A stretch of 64,000 bases of DNA from an uncultured Clostridia bacterium. GTDB lineage: Bacteria; Bacillota; Clostridia; Christensenellales; Aristaeellaceae. The stretch spans positions 4,853-68,852 of the forward strand of contig CAMVEB010000017.1 in the NCBI GenBank assembly GCA_947166385.1, in the 5' to 3' direction. The position numbers were made by a program, and so were the translations under genes. Within the stretch, counting starts at the first letter, position 1; the number at the start of each line of letters is the position of its first letter. The notes beneath the pieces were generated by a model. It worked only from the letters and a program-made list of their open reading frames with translations, searched no databases and had not been told where the DNA came from. Of this stretch, positions 30,001-40,098 are shown piece by piece.

Positions 30001-31370
30001 TTCATGCGGTTTTCTACGGCGGTTTCCGTTTCTTTCTCCGCCTTCGGCAGATCCTCCAGTCGGATCACGTTCCGTGTCCATTCTCCGTAGGGATACGCCT
30101 GGGCATAGCGGGTCTTGACCTCGCTGCTCTCGGTCAGCCTGCCGCTTTCCAGATCCGCTTCCAGCACATCCCCGGCCTTCAGTTTCCACCGGCGCACTAT
30201 GTGCGCGTTTTCCTCAAACAGCACCCCCGCTTCCGAGGAAAGGATCAGCCGGTGGTCATCCGTCAGTGCGCAGCGCAGCGGACGCAGGCCGTTCCGGTCC
30301 AGGGAAGCGCATATTTTTTCCCCGTCGGTGTAAAGCACCGCCGCCGGTCCGTCCCACGGTTCCATCATCGTGGCATAGTAGCGGTAAAGATCCCGCCAGG
30401 CCGTTTCTCTTTCCACCCCCTGCCAGGGTTCCGGCATCAGGATCATCCCGGCCAGGGACAGGGGGATCCCGTTCATCGTCAGGAATTCCAGCGCGTTATC
30501 CAGCATCTGGCTGTCGCTTCCGCCTTCCGCGACCACCGGAAGCACCCGCTGCATCTCCTTTCCCATCACGGCGGAGCGCATGGTTTCCTCCCGGGCTTTC
30601 ATCCGGTCATGATTGCCCCGGATGGTGTTGATTTCCCCGTTGTGCAGCAGCATCCGATGCGGATGTGCCTTGCTCCAGGATGGAAAGGTATTCGTGGAAA
30701 ACCGGGAATGGACCATCGCCATCCGGCTCGTGTACCGGGCGTCCTGCAGGTCGTCATAGAAAGACCGCAGCTGGTTGACCAGCATCATTCCCTTGTAAAC
30801 CACTGTCCGGCTGGAAAGGGAGCAGATGTAGGTATCCGTGTCCTGTTTTTCAAAAACGCGCCGCAGGATATACAGCTGCCTGTCAAAATCCTGTCCGGCT
30901 TTTGTTTCCCCGGGACGCCTCAGAAAGCACTGGCGGATCCGCGGCATCGTGCTGCGTGCGCCGGGGCCCAGCTGCGCCGGATGGCACGGAACCACCCGCC
31001 AGCCCAGCACCGGAATCCGTTCCGCTTTCGCCACCTGCTCAAAGATCCTGCAGGCGTTCTCCGCGGCTACCTCGTCCTCCGGCAAAAAAAACATCCCCAC
31101 GCCGTAATCTCCCGGCCGGCCCAGGGAAATTCCCTCCTCCTGGGCCCACGCGGAAAAAAGGCTGTGGGGCAGTTCCGTCAGAATCCCGACCCCGTCGCCG
31201 GTGGTTCCCTGCGCGTCGCTTCCGGCCCGGTGGGCCAGGCGCTCCACGATGGAAAGCGCCTGGTCCACGGTCCGGTGCGTGGCGCGGCCGTTCAGGTCCG
31301 CCACTGCGCCGACACCGCAGTTTTCATGTTCCAGTTCTTCCTGGTAAAGGGGATATTGTCGGTCCCGCAT
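27054..31370 (-). CDS. gltB: Glutamate synthase large subunit
   Basis: 'ENCGVGAV', 'HSRFSTNTFPSW', 'HNGEINT', 'MEPWDGP', 'IKQVASGRFGV', 'QGAKPGEGGHLPG', 'CRMMRVCHLGTCPFG', GXGXG domain. Confidence 0.97.
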   Translation of the reverse strand: MRDRQYPLYQEELEHENCGVGAVADLNGRATHRTVDQALSIVERLAHRAGSDAQGTTGDGVGILTELPHSLFSAWAQEEGISLGRPGDYGVGMFFLPEDEVAAENACRIFEQVAKAERIPVLGWRVVPCHPAQLGPGARSTMPRIRQCFLRRPGETKAGQDFDRQLYILRRVFEKQDTDTYICSLSSRTVVYKGMMLVNQLRSFYDDLQDARYTSRMAMVHSRFSTNTFPSWSKAHPHRMLLHNGEINTIRGNHDRMKAREETMRSAVMGKEMQRVLPVVAEGGSDSQMLDNALEFLTMNGIPLSLAGMILMPEPWQGVERETAWRDLYRYYATMMEPWDGPAAVLYTDGEKICASLDRNGLRPLRCALTDDHRLILSSEAGVLFEENAHIVRRWKLKAGDVLEADLESGRLTESSEVKTRYAQAYPYGEWTRNVIRLEDLPKAEKETETAVENRMKRLAKAFHYTWEDVQDILRPMAENGTEPIVSMGADEPLAALSKTHPPLFDYFKQRFAQVTNPPIDALREEIKTDCSIYIGDDGNLLSHEPENCTVLELPSPVLTEEEFRRIREIRHPAFAVRTVSILYPTDGNLRDALESLFAACDQACRDRINILILSDRGVDAEHLAIPSLLAVSALEQHLIRIKKRTAVSVVLESGEPRDVHHLALLTAFGARAVNPYLAHAWILNLCKNGAITTEPETALRNYDRALTAGVLKIASKMGVSTLQAYQSAQLFETVGLDRPFVEKYFTNTPCTLGGTDLDRVEADSRFHHAEAFGEDGKGLPAIGIHRLRTGPQAEEHLYSPETIHLLQQAVMTDSRELFDRYAAQVENDGPRTIRSMLEFRFEACREVPLEEVESAESIVKRFRTGAMSYGSISQEAHECMARAMNHLGGKSNSGEGGELPERFGTDLNSAIKQVASGRFGVTREYLLSAKEIQIKMAQGAKPGEGGHLPGAKVTDSVARTRCSTPGISLISPPPHHDIYSIEDLAELIYDLQCANENAKITVKLVSSTGVGTIASGVAKAGAGGILISGGEGGTGAVPLSSVHHAGLPWEIGLAEAHQVLCRNRLRQTVTLETDGKLMTGHDVAVALLLGAEEFGFATAPLVTMGCRMMRVCHLGTCPFGIATQNPELRKKFAGKPEYVERFMLFIAEQLREIMAKLGARTVNELVGRSDLLKMKTDARMDLSDLIGFARNTYFRPEAKHDFHLAERTDARLFQNHVHLMTTDRAFGTMLKGERNIQALGCGGQSFGAFLPAGQTITLFGVANDYLGKGLSGGTLAVCPPADSIWRQEDTLIGNVALYGATGGYAFVAGMAGERFAVRNSGAWAVAEGVGDHGCEYMTGGRVAILGPAGDNFAAGMSGGIAWVLDENDRLKDHLNSGHVRMYPVAPEEAGELERLLTMHEKATGSRKAAEILASFREYLPKFRAVISDEYLAYMKGA

Positions 31371-31383
31371 GTTCCATCCTCCC

Positions 31384-31920
31384 CTATCGGTTCTTTTGCT
31401 TTTCCTCTTGGATGATGCTGGCAGCGTACTCAGCCATTTTGATGCTGTGGTCCATCGCCTGTTTCTGAAGCAGGTGATGCGCCTCCGGTTCTGTAAGATG
31501 CAGCTGTTTCATCAGGATTTCCTTGGCCTGCTCCACCAGTTCCTTCTCCGCGCCGGCCCGACGGGGCATCTGCCGCCGGTGAAGCTGGTTCAGCATTTCA
31601 ATCGCCCCGGCGATGGTCTGTCCCGTAGTCGGAACCGGCAGCCGGAAAACTTCCGGCGATTCGCAGTTCTCCAGGATGGCCGGTTTGGCGATCCAGAGGA
31701 TCTGTACCCGTTCGCCGTAGTCCCAGACCAGCTCCTCCGGCTTGCAGTCAGGGATCTGTCCCAGATAGATCAGGATGCTGTCCTCGCTTTCAGACAGTGC
31801 TCTCCTCAGGCTGCTTCCCGATGTACAGCAGCGGTATACGGAATAACCGGAGGAAGCAAGCAGCCGGGCTATCTGATCGCGGGTCGTTTCCGATATGCCG
31901 GCGATGATCATTCGCGCCAC
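31384..31920 (-). CDS. ANTAR-domain antitermination regulator with degenerate receiver domain (NitR-like)
   Basis: C-terminal 'LVEQAKEILMKQLHLTEPEAHHLLQKQAMDHSIKMAEYAASII' matches ANTAR (IxxAKxxLMxxxxxxExxAxxxLxxxSM); position glnA-[this gene]-gltB-gltD as for clostridial nitR; GTG start with GGAGG RBS. Confidence 0.85.
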   Translation of the reverse strand: MARMIIAGISETTRDQIARLLASSGYSVYRCCTSGSSLRRALSESEDSILIYLGQIPDCKPEELVWDYGERVQILWIAKPAILENCESPEVFRLPVPTTGQTIAGAIEMLNQLHRRQMPRRAGAEKELVEQAKEILMKQLHLTEPEAHHLLQKQAMDHSIKMAEYAASIIQEEKQKNR

Positions 31921-31965
31921 TGGATCTTCCTCCTTTGATTCAGATTGGGCTCCCCTGATTCGTCA

Positions 31966-33297
31966 TCAGTACATCACGATATACCGTTCAATCTCCCAGC
32001 GGCTGACATGGGTGCGATACGCATCCCATTCCTTTTCCTTGCCTTCCACATACTGCCCCAGCACATGCTCGCCCAGTGCCTTGCAGATCACATCGTCTGC
32101 CTTCAGGCATTCCACCGCGTCCTTCAGGGTGCCGGGCAGGGAGCGGATGCCTTTCGCTTCCCGCGTTTCCGCGTCCATGGCAAAGATGTTTTCCGTAATC
32201 TCGTCCGGGGGCGTCAGTCCTTTCCGGATGCCGTCCAGTCCTGCTGCCAGGCACACTGCCATGTTCAGGTAGGGGTTGCAGCTGGGATCCGGGCACCGGA
32301 GTTCCACGCGCGTTCCCATCCCGCGGGCAGCGGGAATCCGGATCAGAGCGGACCGGTTGCTCGCGCTCCAGGCCAGGTAGCACGGCGCCTCATATCCGGG
32401 AACCAAGCGCTTGTAGCTGTTCACCAGCGGGTTGGTCACCGCCGCCATGCCGCGGATATGCTCCAGAATCCCGGCGATGAAGGAATATGCTTCCTTACTC
32501 AGTCCCCGGCTGTCAGCGGGATCGGCAAACACGTTCTTTCCGTCCTTGAACAGGCTCATGTTTGTGTGCATGCCGCTGCCGTTGATTCCGAATACAGGCT
32601 TCGGCATGAATGTCGCGTGCAGTCCATTCTTCTGGGCCAGGGTCTTGACCGCCAGCTTGAACGTCATGATATTGTCCGCCGCTGTCAGCGCGTCGGCATA
32701 TTTGAAGTCGATCTCATGCTGTCCTGCTGCCACTTCATGGTGGCTGGCCTCGATTTCGAATCCCATCTGTTCCAGCGCCAGGCAGATCTCACGCCGGGTG
32801 CTCTCGCCATGGTCCAGCGGCCCCAGGTCAAAGTATCCGGCTTCGTCGGATGTCGCGGTCGTGGGTTTTCCCTGCTCATCCGTCTGGAAGAGGAAGAATT
32901 CCATTTCCGGCCCGACATTGAAGGAATATCCCATGTCCGCCGCTTCCTGCAGTACCTTCTTCAGAACCCCGCGGGGATCTCCTGCGAAGGGCGTCCCATC
33001 CGGGTTGTAAACGTCGCAGATCAGCCGGGCCACTTTCCCGTGCTGCGGCCGCCAGGGCAGAATCGCGAAGGTATCCAGATCCGGCCGCAGGTACTGATCA
33101 CTCTCGTTGATGCGCACAAATCCTTCGATAGAGCTGCCGTCAATCATAATTTCATTGTTGACAGCCTTTTCGATCTGGCTCGCCGTGATTGCCACGTTCT
33201 TCAGCTGGCCGAAAATATCGGTAAACTGCATGCGGATAAACTCCACGTCGCCTTCCCGAACCATCCGGATAATGTCCTCTTTCGTGTACTTGCTCAT
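31966..33297 (-). CDS. glnA: Type I glutamine synthetase
   Basis: '[14 protein letters not shown]', 'DGSSIEGF', '[10 protein letters not shown]', '[15 protein letters not shown]', '[13 protein letters not shown]', 'ELRCPD'; start ATG 33297. Confidence 0.97.
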   Translation of the reverse strand: MSKYTKEDIIRMVREGDVEFIRMQFTDIFGQLKNVAITASQIEKAVNNEIMIDGSSIEGFVRINESDQYLRPDLDTFAILPWRPQHGKVARLICDVYNPDGTPFAGDPRGVLKKVLQEAADMGYSFNVGPEMEFFLFQTDEQGKPTTATSDEAGYFDLGPLDHGESTRREICLALEQMGFEIEASHHEVAAGQHEIDFKYADALTAADNIMTFKLAVKTLAQKNGLHATFMPKPVFGINGSGMHTNMSLFKDGKNVFADPADSRGLSKEAYSFIAGILEHIRGMAAVTNPLVNSYKRLVPGYEAPCYLAWSASNRSALIRIPAARGMGTRVELRCPDPSCNPYLNMAVCLAAGLDGIRKGLTPPDEITENIFAMDAETREAKGIRSLPGTLKDAVECLKADDVICKALGEHVLGQYVEGKEKEWDAYRTHVSRWEIERYIVMY

Positions 33298-33345
33298 ACA
33301 TGAAACCCCCTTCAAACAATTCTGCCGGTTCCTGCGGCATAAATC

Positions 33346-33427
33346 AAAAACAGGCAAGTCCAGCCATGATCCATGGCTCCCTTGCCTTGTATGCGGGGAT
33401 CATATCACCCGTTTTTTTCGCTGTCAA
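33346..33427 (-). promoter_or_regulatory. Promoter plus ANTAR-like hairpin/terminator leader of the glnA operon
   Basis: TTGACA (33422-27), 17 nt, TATGAT (33399-404); GGC-AAGGGA-GCC (33375-86) overlapping terminator AGGCAAG..AGCCATG-GAT-CATGGCT..CTTGCCT-GTTTTT. Confidence 0.85.
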
Positions 33428-33491
33428 GCGTTTCTTCGCGTTTTGAATTGTTTTCCCTTTGTATTCACTGCGGCATCCTCCAGCTTGCTGC

Positions 33492-33571
33492 TTGACAAGC
33501 CCTGACCGGAATGATACCATACCTGCCAACAAGGCAAGGGTGTCCTGTGATGGGGATATCCTTCCTTTTTT
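33492..33571 (+). promoter_or_regulatory. Promoter plus ANTAR-like hairpin/terminator leader of asnB-guaA
   Basis: TTGACA 33492-97, 17 nt, TACCAT 33515-20; GGC-AAGGGT-GTC 33533-44 overlapping terminator stem 33536-45/33554-63 (plus AAGG/CCTT) and T-run to 33571. Confidence 0.8.
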
Positions 33572-33607
33572 GTTTCCTCCCCAATTCTGACTCAGGAGGC
33601 GATCCGT

Positions 33608-35188
33608 ATGTGTTCTATCTTCGGTCTGACCAGTGCCAGGGTACCCCGGGAGCTGATGGAAACCTGCTTTAACCGCACCTTGTCCCGTGGGCCGGATATG
33701 AGCCGTCTGGAGGACATTCCCGGCGGAGTCCTCGGTTTCCACCGGCTGGCCATCATGGGTCTGAACGAGCGGGGCATGCAGCCCTTTCATCTCGGCGGCG
33801 ACAGGGTGGTCTGCAACGGGGAGCTGTACGGTTTCCGTCCCTTGCGCGAGCGTCTGATGGAAACATATGAGATCAAAGGGGAATCCGATTGTGAAATCCT
33901 TCTCCCTCTGTATCATGAGTACGGGGTGGAGATGTTCAAAACGCTGGATGCCGAGTTTGCGCTGATCCTCTATGACAGCGAGCGGAGCAAAGTGATTGCC
34001 GCCCGGGATCCGATCGGCATCCGCCCGTTGTATTACGGCCGGCTGGAGGATGGGGAATGGGCCTTCGCCAGCGAACCGAAGAACCTCATGGATCTTTGTG
34101 ATACGATTCTCCCCTTCCCGCCCGGGCATTACTGGATGGACGGGGAATTCGTTCAGTATGCGGATCCCGCTTATGTAGGATATTTCACCATGAAAACCGA
34201 GCCGGATGTCTGTGCCAAGCTCCGCCGCCTGCTGATGGACGGGGTTGAAAAAAGGCTGGACGCGGACGCGCCGGTCGGTTTCCTGCTCTCCGGCGGCCTG
34301 GATTCGTCCCTCGTCTGTGCCATCGCCCAGCGGTTTCTGCCCCATCCGATCCGCACTTTTGCCATCGGCATGGATCTCGATGCGATTGACCTGAAGTATG
34401 CCCGCATGGTCGCGGATTATATCGGCAGCGAGCATACTGAAGTCATCATCAGTGAAAAGGATGTCCTCGAAGCGCTCCCGACGGTGGTGGAGCTCCTCGC
34501 CACCTGGGATATCACCACCATCCGCGCTTCCATCGGTATGTACCTGGTCTGCAAATGGATCCATGAACATACGGATATCCGCGTCCTGCTGACCGGGGAA
34601 ATCTCCGATGAGCTCTTTGGGTATAAATATACGGATTTCGCCCCATCCGCCGCCGCCTTCCAGGAGGAAGCGGAAAAACGCATCCGGGAGCTCCACGTTT
34701 ACGATGTTCTCCGGGCGGATCGCTGCATCTCCGTCAACAGTCTGGAAGCCCGTGTCCCCTTCGGTGATCTGAAGTTTGTCCGCTATGCCATGAGCATTGA
34801 TCCCGAGTTGAAAATGAACAACCACAATATGGGCAAGTATCTGATCCGTAAGGCCTTCGCCGAGGATCACATCCTTCCGGATGAAATCCTCTGGCGCCAG
34901 AAGGCCGCTTTCTCCGATGCGGTGGGCCATTCCATGGTAAACGATCTGAAGAACTTTGCCGAAAGAACCTATACCGACAAGGAATTTGCCGAAAAATCGG
35001 CGAAATATGATTACTGCCCTCCTTTCACCAAGGAGAGCCTGCTGTACCGGGAGCTGTTTGAGCAGTTTTATCCCGGTCAGTCGCATATGATTCCCGATTT
35101 CTGGATGCCAAATAAAACTTGGCCCGGTTGTGATGTGGATGATCCTTCCGCCAGAGTCCTGGCAAACTACGGGGACAGCGGCAAATAA
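33608..35188 (+). CDS. asnB: Asparagine synthetase B (glutamine-hydrolysing)
   Basis: 'MCSIFG', 'RGPD', 'FHRLAIMG', 'CNGELY', '[11 protein letters not shown]', 'LLSGGLDSS', '[10 protein letters not shown]', 'LEARVPF'. Confidence 0.95.
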   Translation: MCSIFGLTSARVPRELMETCFNRTLSRGPDMSRLEDIPGGVLGFHRLAIMGLNERGMQPFHLGGDRVVCNGELYGFRPLRERLMETYEIKGESDCEILLPLYHEYGVEMFKTLDAEFALILYDSERSKVIAARDPIGIRPLYYGRLEDGEWAFASEPKNLMDLCDTILPFPPGHYWMDGEFVQYADPAYVGYFTMKTEPDVCAKLRRLLMDGVEKRLDADAPVGFLLSGGLDSSLVCAIAQRFLPHPIRTFAIGMDLDAIDLKYARMVADYIGSEHTEVIISEKDVLEALPTVVELLATWDITTIRASIGMYLVCKWIHEHTDIRVLLTGEISDELFGYKYTDFAPSAAAFQEEAEKRIRELHVYDVLRADRCISVNSLEARVPFGDLKFVRYAMSIDPELKMNNHNMGKYLIRKAFAEDHILPDEILWRQKAAFSDAVGHSMVNDLKNFAERTYTDKEFAEKSAKYDYCPPFTKESLLYRELFEQFYPGQSHMIPDFWMPNKTWPGCDVDDPSARVLANYGDSGK

Positions 35189-35216
35189 TCATCCGGGCCG
35201 GAAAACGGAGGCAAAA

Positions 35217-36761
<1,545 letters not shown>

Positions 36762-36786
36762 TGTCCGGAAACATCCATCTCCTTAT

Positions 36787-37149
36787 TTATGTTTGATCAG
36801 GGTAATCATAAAAATGCCCCTTATGGAAATTCTCATTTCCCAGCGGTTTTGCCGTCAGCTTGAAGATCACGCATCCGTCTGGACATACGACCGTCTTCGA
36901 ATACTTGCCGTCGCCGCCCAGGTTTTCAAGATCTCCTCCGCTGCGTACAGCCTCCATCAGAGGATACAGCATCATCATTGTCTTTGAACAGATTCCGTAT
37001 CCATCCTTGTTGACCGGGCACCCATATGTGCAGGTATATTGGTCGCCGATTTCTTCTCCGTTCCGGCAATACCGCTCTGTATGATCACCATGCAAAAAGC
37101 CCGTTACTTCTACCCTGAACTCATATTCTTCGTCATACCACTTTTTCAT
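36787..37149 (-). CDS. TIGR04076-family protein
   Basis: 'MKKWYDEEYEF...YCRNGEEIGD...GICSKTMMMLYP...VCPDGCVIFKL'; start ATG 37149. Confidence 0.65.
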   Translation of the reverse strand: MKKWYDEEYEFRVEVTGFLHGDHTERYCRNGEEIGDQYTCTYGCPVNKDGYGICSKTMMMLYPLMEAVRSGGDLENLGGDGKYSKTVVCPDGCVIFKLTAKPLGNENFHKGHFYDYPDQT

Positions 37150-37225
37150 GTTTTTTCCCCCTGCGTACAAATTTTCTTGATCTGTTTCCTGTCCTGATTG
37201 ACAGTTTTCCCGCCGATGTGTCATC

Positions 37226-38968
37226 TTAAATCATTGTTTTCCATCTTTCCCTTAACCAGTGCGCAGCCATTTTGGGCCTGCGGTCCCGGGTGAAAAGGCC
37301 CTTCCGGTTCCCTCCCACGCGCATCGGGCCCTGGCAGGTGGAGAAATCAGCAAAGTTCCACGGCATTTCACCGATGACAAACTCACGCTCATCCAGGCAT
37401 TCGCTGATCGCTTCATAGTACGCCGTCTGGTATTCTTCCGTAAACATTTCTGCCACAGCGCCGTGCAGCCCGGCAATGGTATCCGCACCGTACTCGGAAA
37501 GGATCACCGGCTTGTGCTGTTTTTCCCACCAGTCCAGTTCAGCCCGGAATGCGTATTTCGCCGCTTCCAGATCTCCGCTCAGGTTGTACCATCCGTAGTA
37601 CCGGTTGATCAGTACAACATCCATGGCAGGAATCACCTGATCCCGTTCATATCGGTTCTGGCATCCCACCACTGTCACAGGCCGGTTCTGGGGATCGGCT
37701 TCGTGGGCCTTTTCATACAGTGGCTGCCAGTACTCCCTGGCCTTTTCCGGATAGGTGTCCGTATCTGGTTCATTTCCAAGGCTCCACATGACGACGCAGG
37801 GATGGTTTTTGTCCCGGTTGATCATGTCCAGCAGAACCTGCCGATGGTATTCTCCCAGGTTCCATCCGTACTGTTCGCTGGCCCACATCCCCACCGCGGG
37901 GGTTTCATCCACAATGACGATCCCTTCCCGGTCGCACAGTTGGTACATCTCTTCTGCATATGGATAATGGCTGGTTCGGAAACAGTTGGCATTCAGCCAG
38001 TGATACAGGTTGATATCCGTTACGTTCAGACAGTTATCCGTTCCCCTCCCGTGAAGGGCACTGTCCTCATGTTTGCACGGTCCGTGGAATCGGAAGGGCT
38101 TCCCGTTGATCAGGAAGCGCGTCCCTTCCACCCGTACTTCCCGGATGCCAAAGGGCTGTTCATACAGATCCTCCCCGAAAGTGAACCGGGCCGTATACAG
38201 ATAAGGGATGCCCGGCCATGGTTCCCACAGTTTCGGCTGTGGAATGGTCAGGATACCTTCCCGCCCTTCCTGGCGGGCAACCGTGTTTCCCTCCGCATCT
38301 AGGATTTCTGCCCGAAGCTCCCTGTCAGCCCCTTCTGTCTCAACCCGGAAGCTCACTTCTCCGTTCATCGAAGGTACCAGTGTGATATCCCGGATATAGT
38401 TTTTCGGCATGGCGACCATGCGGACTGGCCGCTGGATGCCTGTATAGTTGAAAAAGTCAAAAGCCGGCCGGTTTATTCCCCGTTCTTCCTGGAGCTTTTT
38501 GCCCGCTTCCACCGCTGAAATCCCCGGGTTGTCAGATCCGAAGAACGCAACTTCCCCTTCCGTACCGATCGGCAGCGTGGCATGATTGATTCTGTTATCC
38601 GTCTCAACAACCAATTCAGCGGTTTCCCCTGCCTCCAGGATGCCGTCCAGTTCAGCTTCAAATGGCAGGAATCCGCCCCTGTGTGCCGCAATTTCCCGGC
38701 CGTTCAGCAGGACCCTCGCATTGTGGGCCACCGCATCAAAGCGCAGGCACACGCGCATCCCTTTCCAACTGAGCGGGATTGTAATCTTCCGGCGGTATTC
38801 GGTCATCCCCGCATAGTTCCGGAATCTCGGATCCGGACTTTGATCGTTATACGATGCGGGTACCGCGATCGGCTGCCAGCCTTCTTCTCCCTGAAAACGG
38901 AAATCCCATACGCCGCCCAGGTCGATCATCATCCGGGACGCGTTGTTCTGCGGATATAATGTGCTCAT
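37226..38968 (-). CDS. uidA: GH2 beta-glucuronidase (uronidase)
   Basis: 'VPASYND', 'FDFFNYTGIQR', 'KHED', 'FRTSHYPY', 'WSLGNEP' (acid/base), 'SEYGAD' (nucleophile), 'GGNRKGLFTRDRRPK' (NxK uronate motif); no signal peptide. Confidence 0.85.
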   Translation of the reverse strand: MSTLYPQNNASRMMIDLGGVWDFRFQGEEGWQPIAVPASYNDQSPDPRFRNYAGMTEYRRKITIPLSWKGMRVCLRFDAVAHNARVLLNGREIAAHRGGFLPFEAELDGILEAGETAELVVETDNRINHATLPIGTEGEVAFFGSDNPGISAVEAGKKLQEERGINRPAFDFFNYTGIQRPVRMVAMPKNYIRDITLVPSMNGEVSFRVETEGADRELRAEILDAEGNTVARQEGREGILTIPQPKLWEPWPGIPYLYTARFTFGEDLYEQPFGIREVRVEGTRFLINGKPFRFHGPCKHEDSALHGRGTDNCLNVTDINLYHWLNANCFRTSHYPYAEEMYQLCDREGIVIVDETPAVGMWASEQYGWNLGEYHRQVLLDMINRDKNHPCVVMWSLGNEPDTDTYPEKAREYWQPLYEKAHEADPQNRPVTVVGCQNRYERDQVIPAMDVVLINRYYGWYNLSGDLEAAKYAFRAELDWWEKQHKPVILSEYGADTIAGLHGAVAEMFTEEYQTAYYEAISECLDEREFVIGEMPWNFADFSTCQGPMRVGGNRKGLFTRDRRPKMAAHWLRERWKTMI

Positions 38969-38988
38969 CTTGTTTCTCCTCTCCGGTT

Positions 38989-40098
38989 TCAGCTCCACAG
39001 CTCCGGGTCCTTGCCACAGAGTTTCATCAGGGCCTCCACCAGGAAATAATCCCCATAAATGATATTGGTGTGCCGTCCGGCCCCATCGTCATGGTAGCTG
39101 GCCGTGCAGTGGGTCAGAATGCCGCAGTGGCTGTTTCCCCAGTCGGCGCAGTGATTCAGCAACCCGTCCACCAGCTGCTCTGCGTATCGTTTCCACTTTT
39201 GTTCTCCCGTCAGTGCGGCTGTTTCCTGCATCCCGCAGGCAGCAATGGCCCCGGCCAGGTTATCAATCCGCTCTTCCTCCGGCGGTTGGCAGAAATCGCA
39301 GTCCGTCAGTCCGTCCGGCCGGATGTGCGCAGCGAAATTCTCCGCGATGTTCTCCGCTGCTTCCAGATAGCGTTTTTTCCCCAGATGGCGGTAAGCCAGT
39401 GCAAACCCGTACAGTCCCCAGGCCTGTCCCCGGCTCCACTGGCTTCCGAGGGCATAACCCTGTCCCGGATGTTCCCGGACGCGATCCCCGGTTTCCGGAT
39501 CAAATTCAATAATATGGCTGACTGAGCCATTCTCCCGCAGAAATTCCCGCAGGGTCGTATCCGCGTGTAGCCCGGCTGTATTCCTGAACCGCGGATCTCC
39601 TGTGTCCCGGCTTGCGCGGTACAGAAGCGTCAGGTTCATCATGCAGTCGATGATCGCATAGCCGACCCGCTCAGGCTCATTCCACGCCCGGATAAAACCT
39701 GTCGGATTGAAACGGCCCATCAGCAGCGAGGCTGCGTGCAGCAGGTCTGTTTCCGCCTGTTCGTCCCCGGTCAGTTTCGCGTCCGCCCCGCAGGACGGCA
39801 GATACATAAATCCCACGTCATGATTCAGTTTCCGGAAGCTGCGAAATTCGTCCGTCAGCAGCTTTCCAACCCGCCGGGCCTCATCCCTGAAAAAACCGTC
39901 CCCGGTCAGGCACCACAGCTGCCACATCAGTCCCGGCCAGAAACCGCCCGTCCACCAGCTGTTCCCGTCATAGGGATTGGAGATCCATATCCCGTCCGTG
40001 CTTTTGTACGGGATGATTCCGTCTCCGGCAGCTGTTTCAGCAGTCTTCCGGTATTTTTCTGCAATCCTGTTCAGCGCTTCCTCATAATGATTCGGCAA
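38989..40098 (-). CDS. GH88 unsaturated glucuronyl hydrolase
   Basis: 'WWTGGFWPGLMW', 'HDVGF', 'IIDCMMNL', 'QWSRGQAW', 'IIYGDYFLVEAL'; TTG start 40098 after GGAGGAGG. Confidence 0.88.
   Translation of the reverse strand: MPNHYEEALNRIAEKYRKTAETAAGDGIIPYKSTDGIWISNPYDGNSWWTGGFWPGLMWQLWCLTGDGFFRDEARRVGKLLTDEFRSFRKLNHDVGFMYLPSCGADAKLTGDEQAETDLLHAASLLMGRFNPTGFIRAWNEPERVGYAIIDCMMNLTLLYRASRDTGDPRFRNTAGLHADTTLREFLRENGSVSHIIEFDPETGDRVREHPGQGYALGSQWSRGQAWGLYGFALAYRHLGKKRYLEAAENIAENFAAHIRPDGLTDCDFCQPPEEERIDNLAGAIAACGMQETAALTGEQKWKRYAEQLVDGLLNHCADWGNSHCGILTHCTASYHDDGAGRHTNIIYGDYFLVEALMKLCGKDPELWS

Noticed and set aside
27714-31415. 1233-aa plus-strand ORF
   Set aside because: Antisense shadow of gltB produced by GC-rich codon bias; no recognisable motifs.
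33400-33500. GlnR/TnrA box at the glnA, asnB or amtB promoters
   Set aside because: No TGTNA-N7-TNACA match seen and no glnR gene in the operon.
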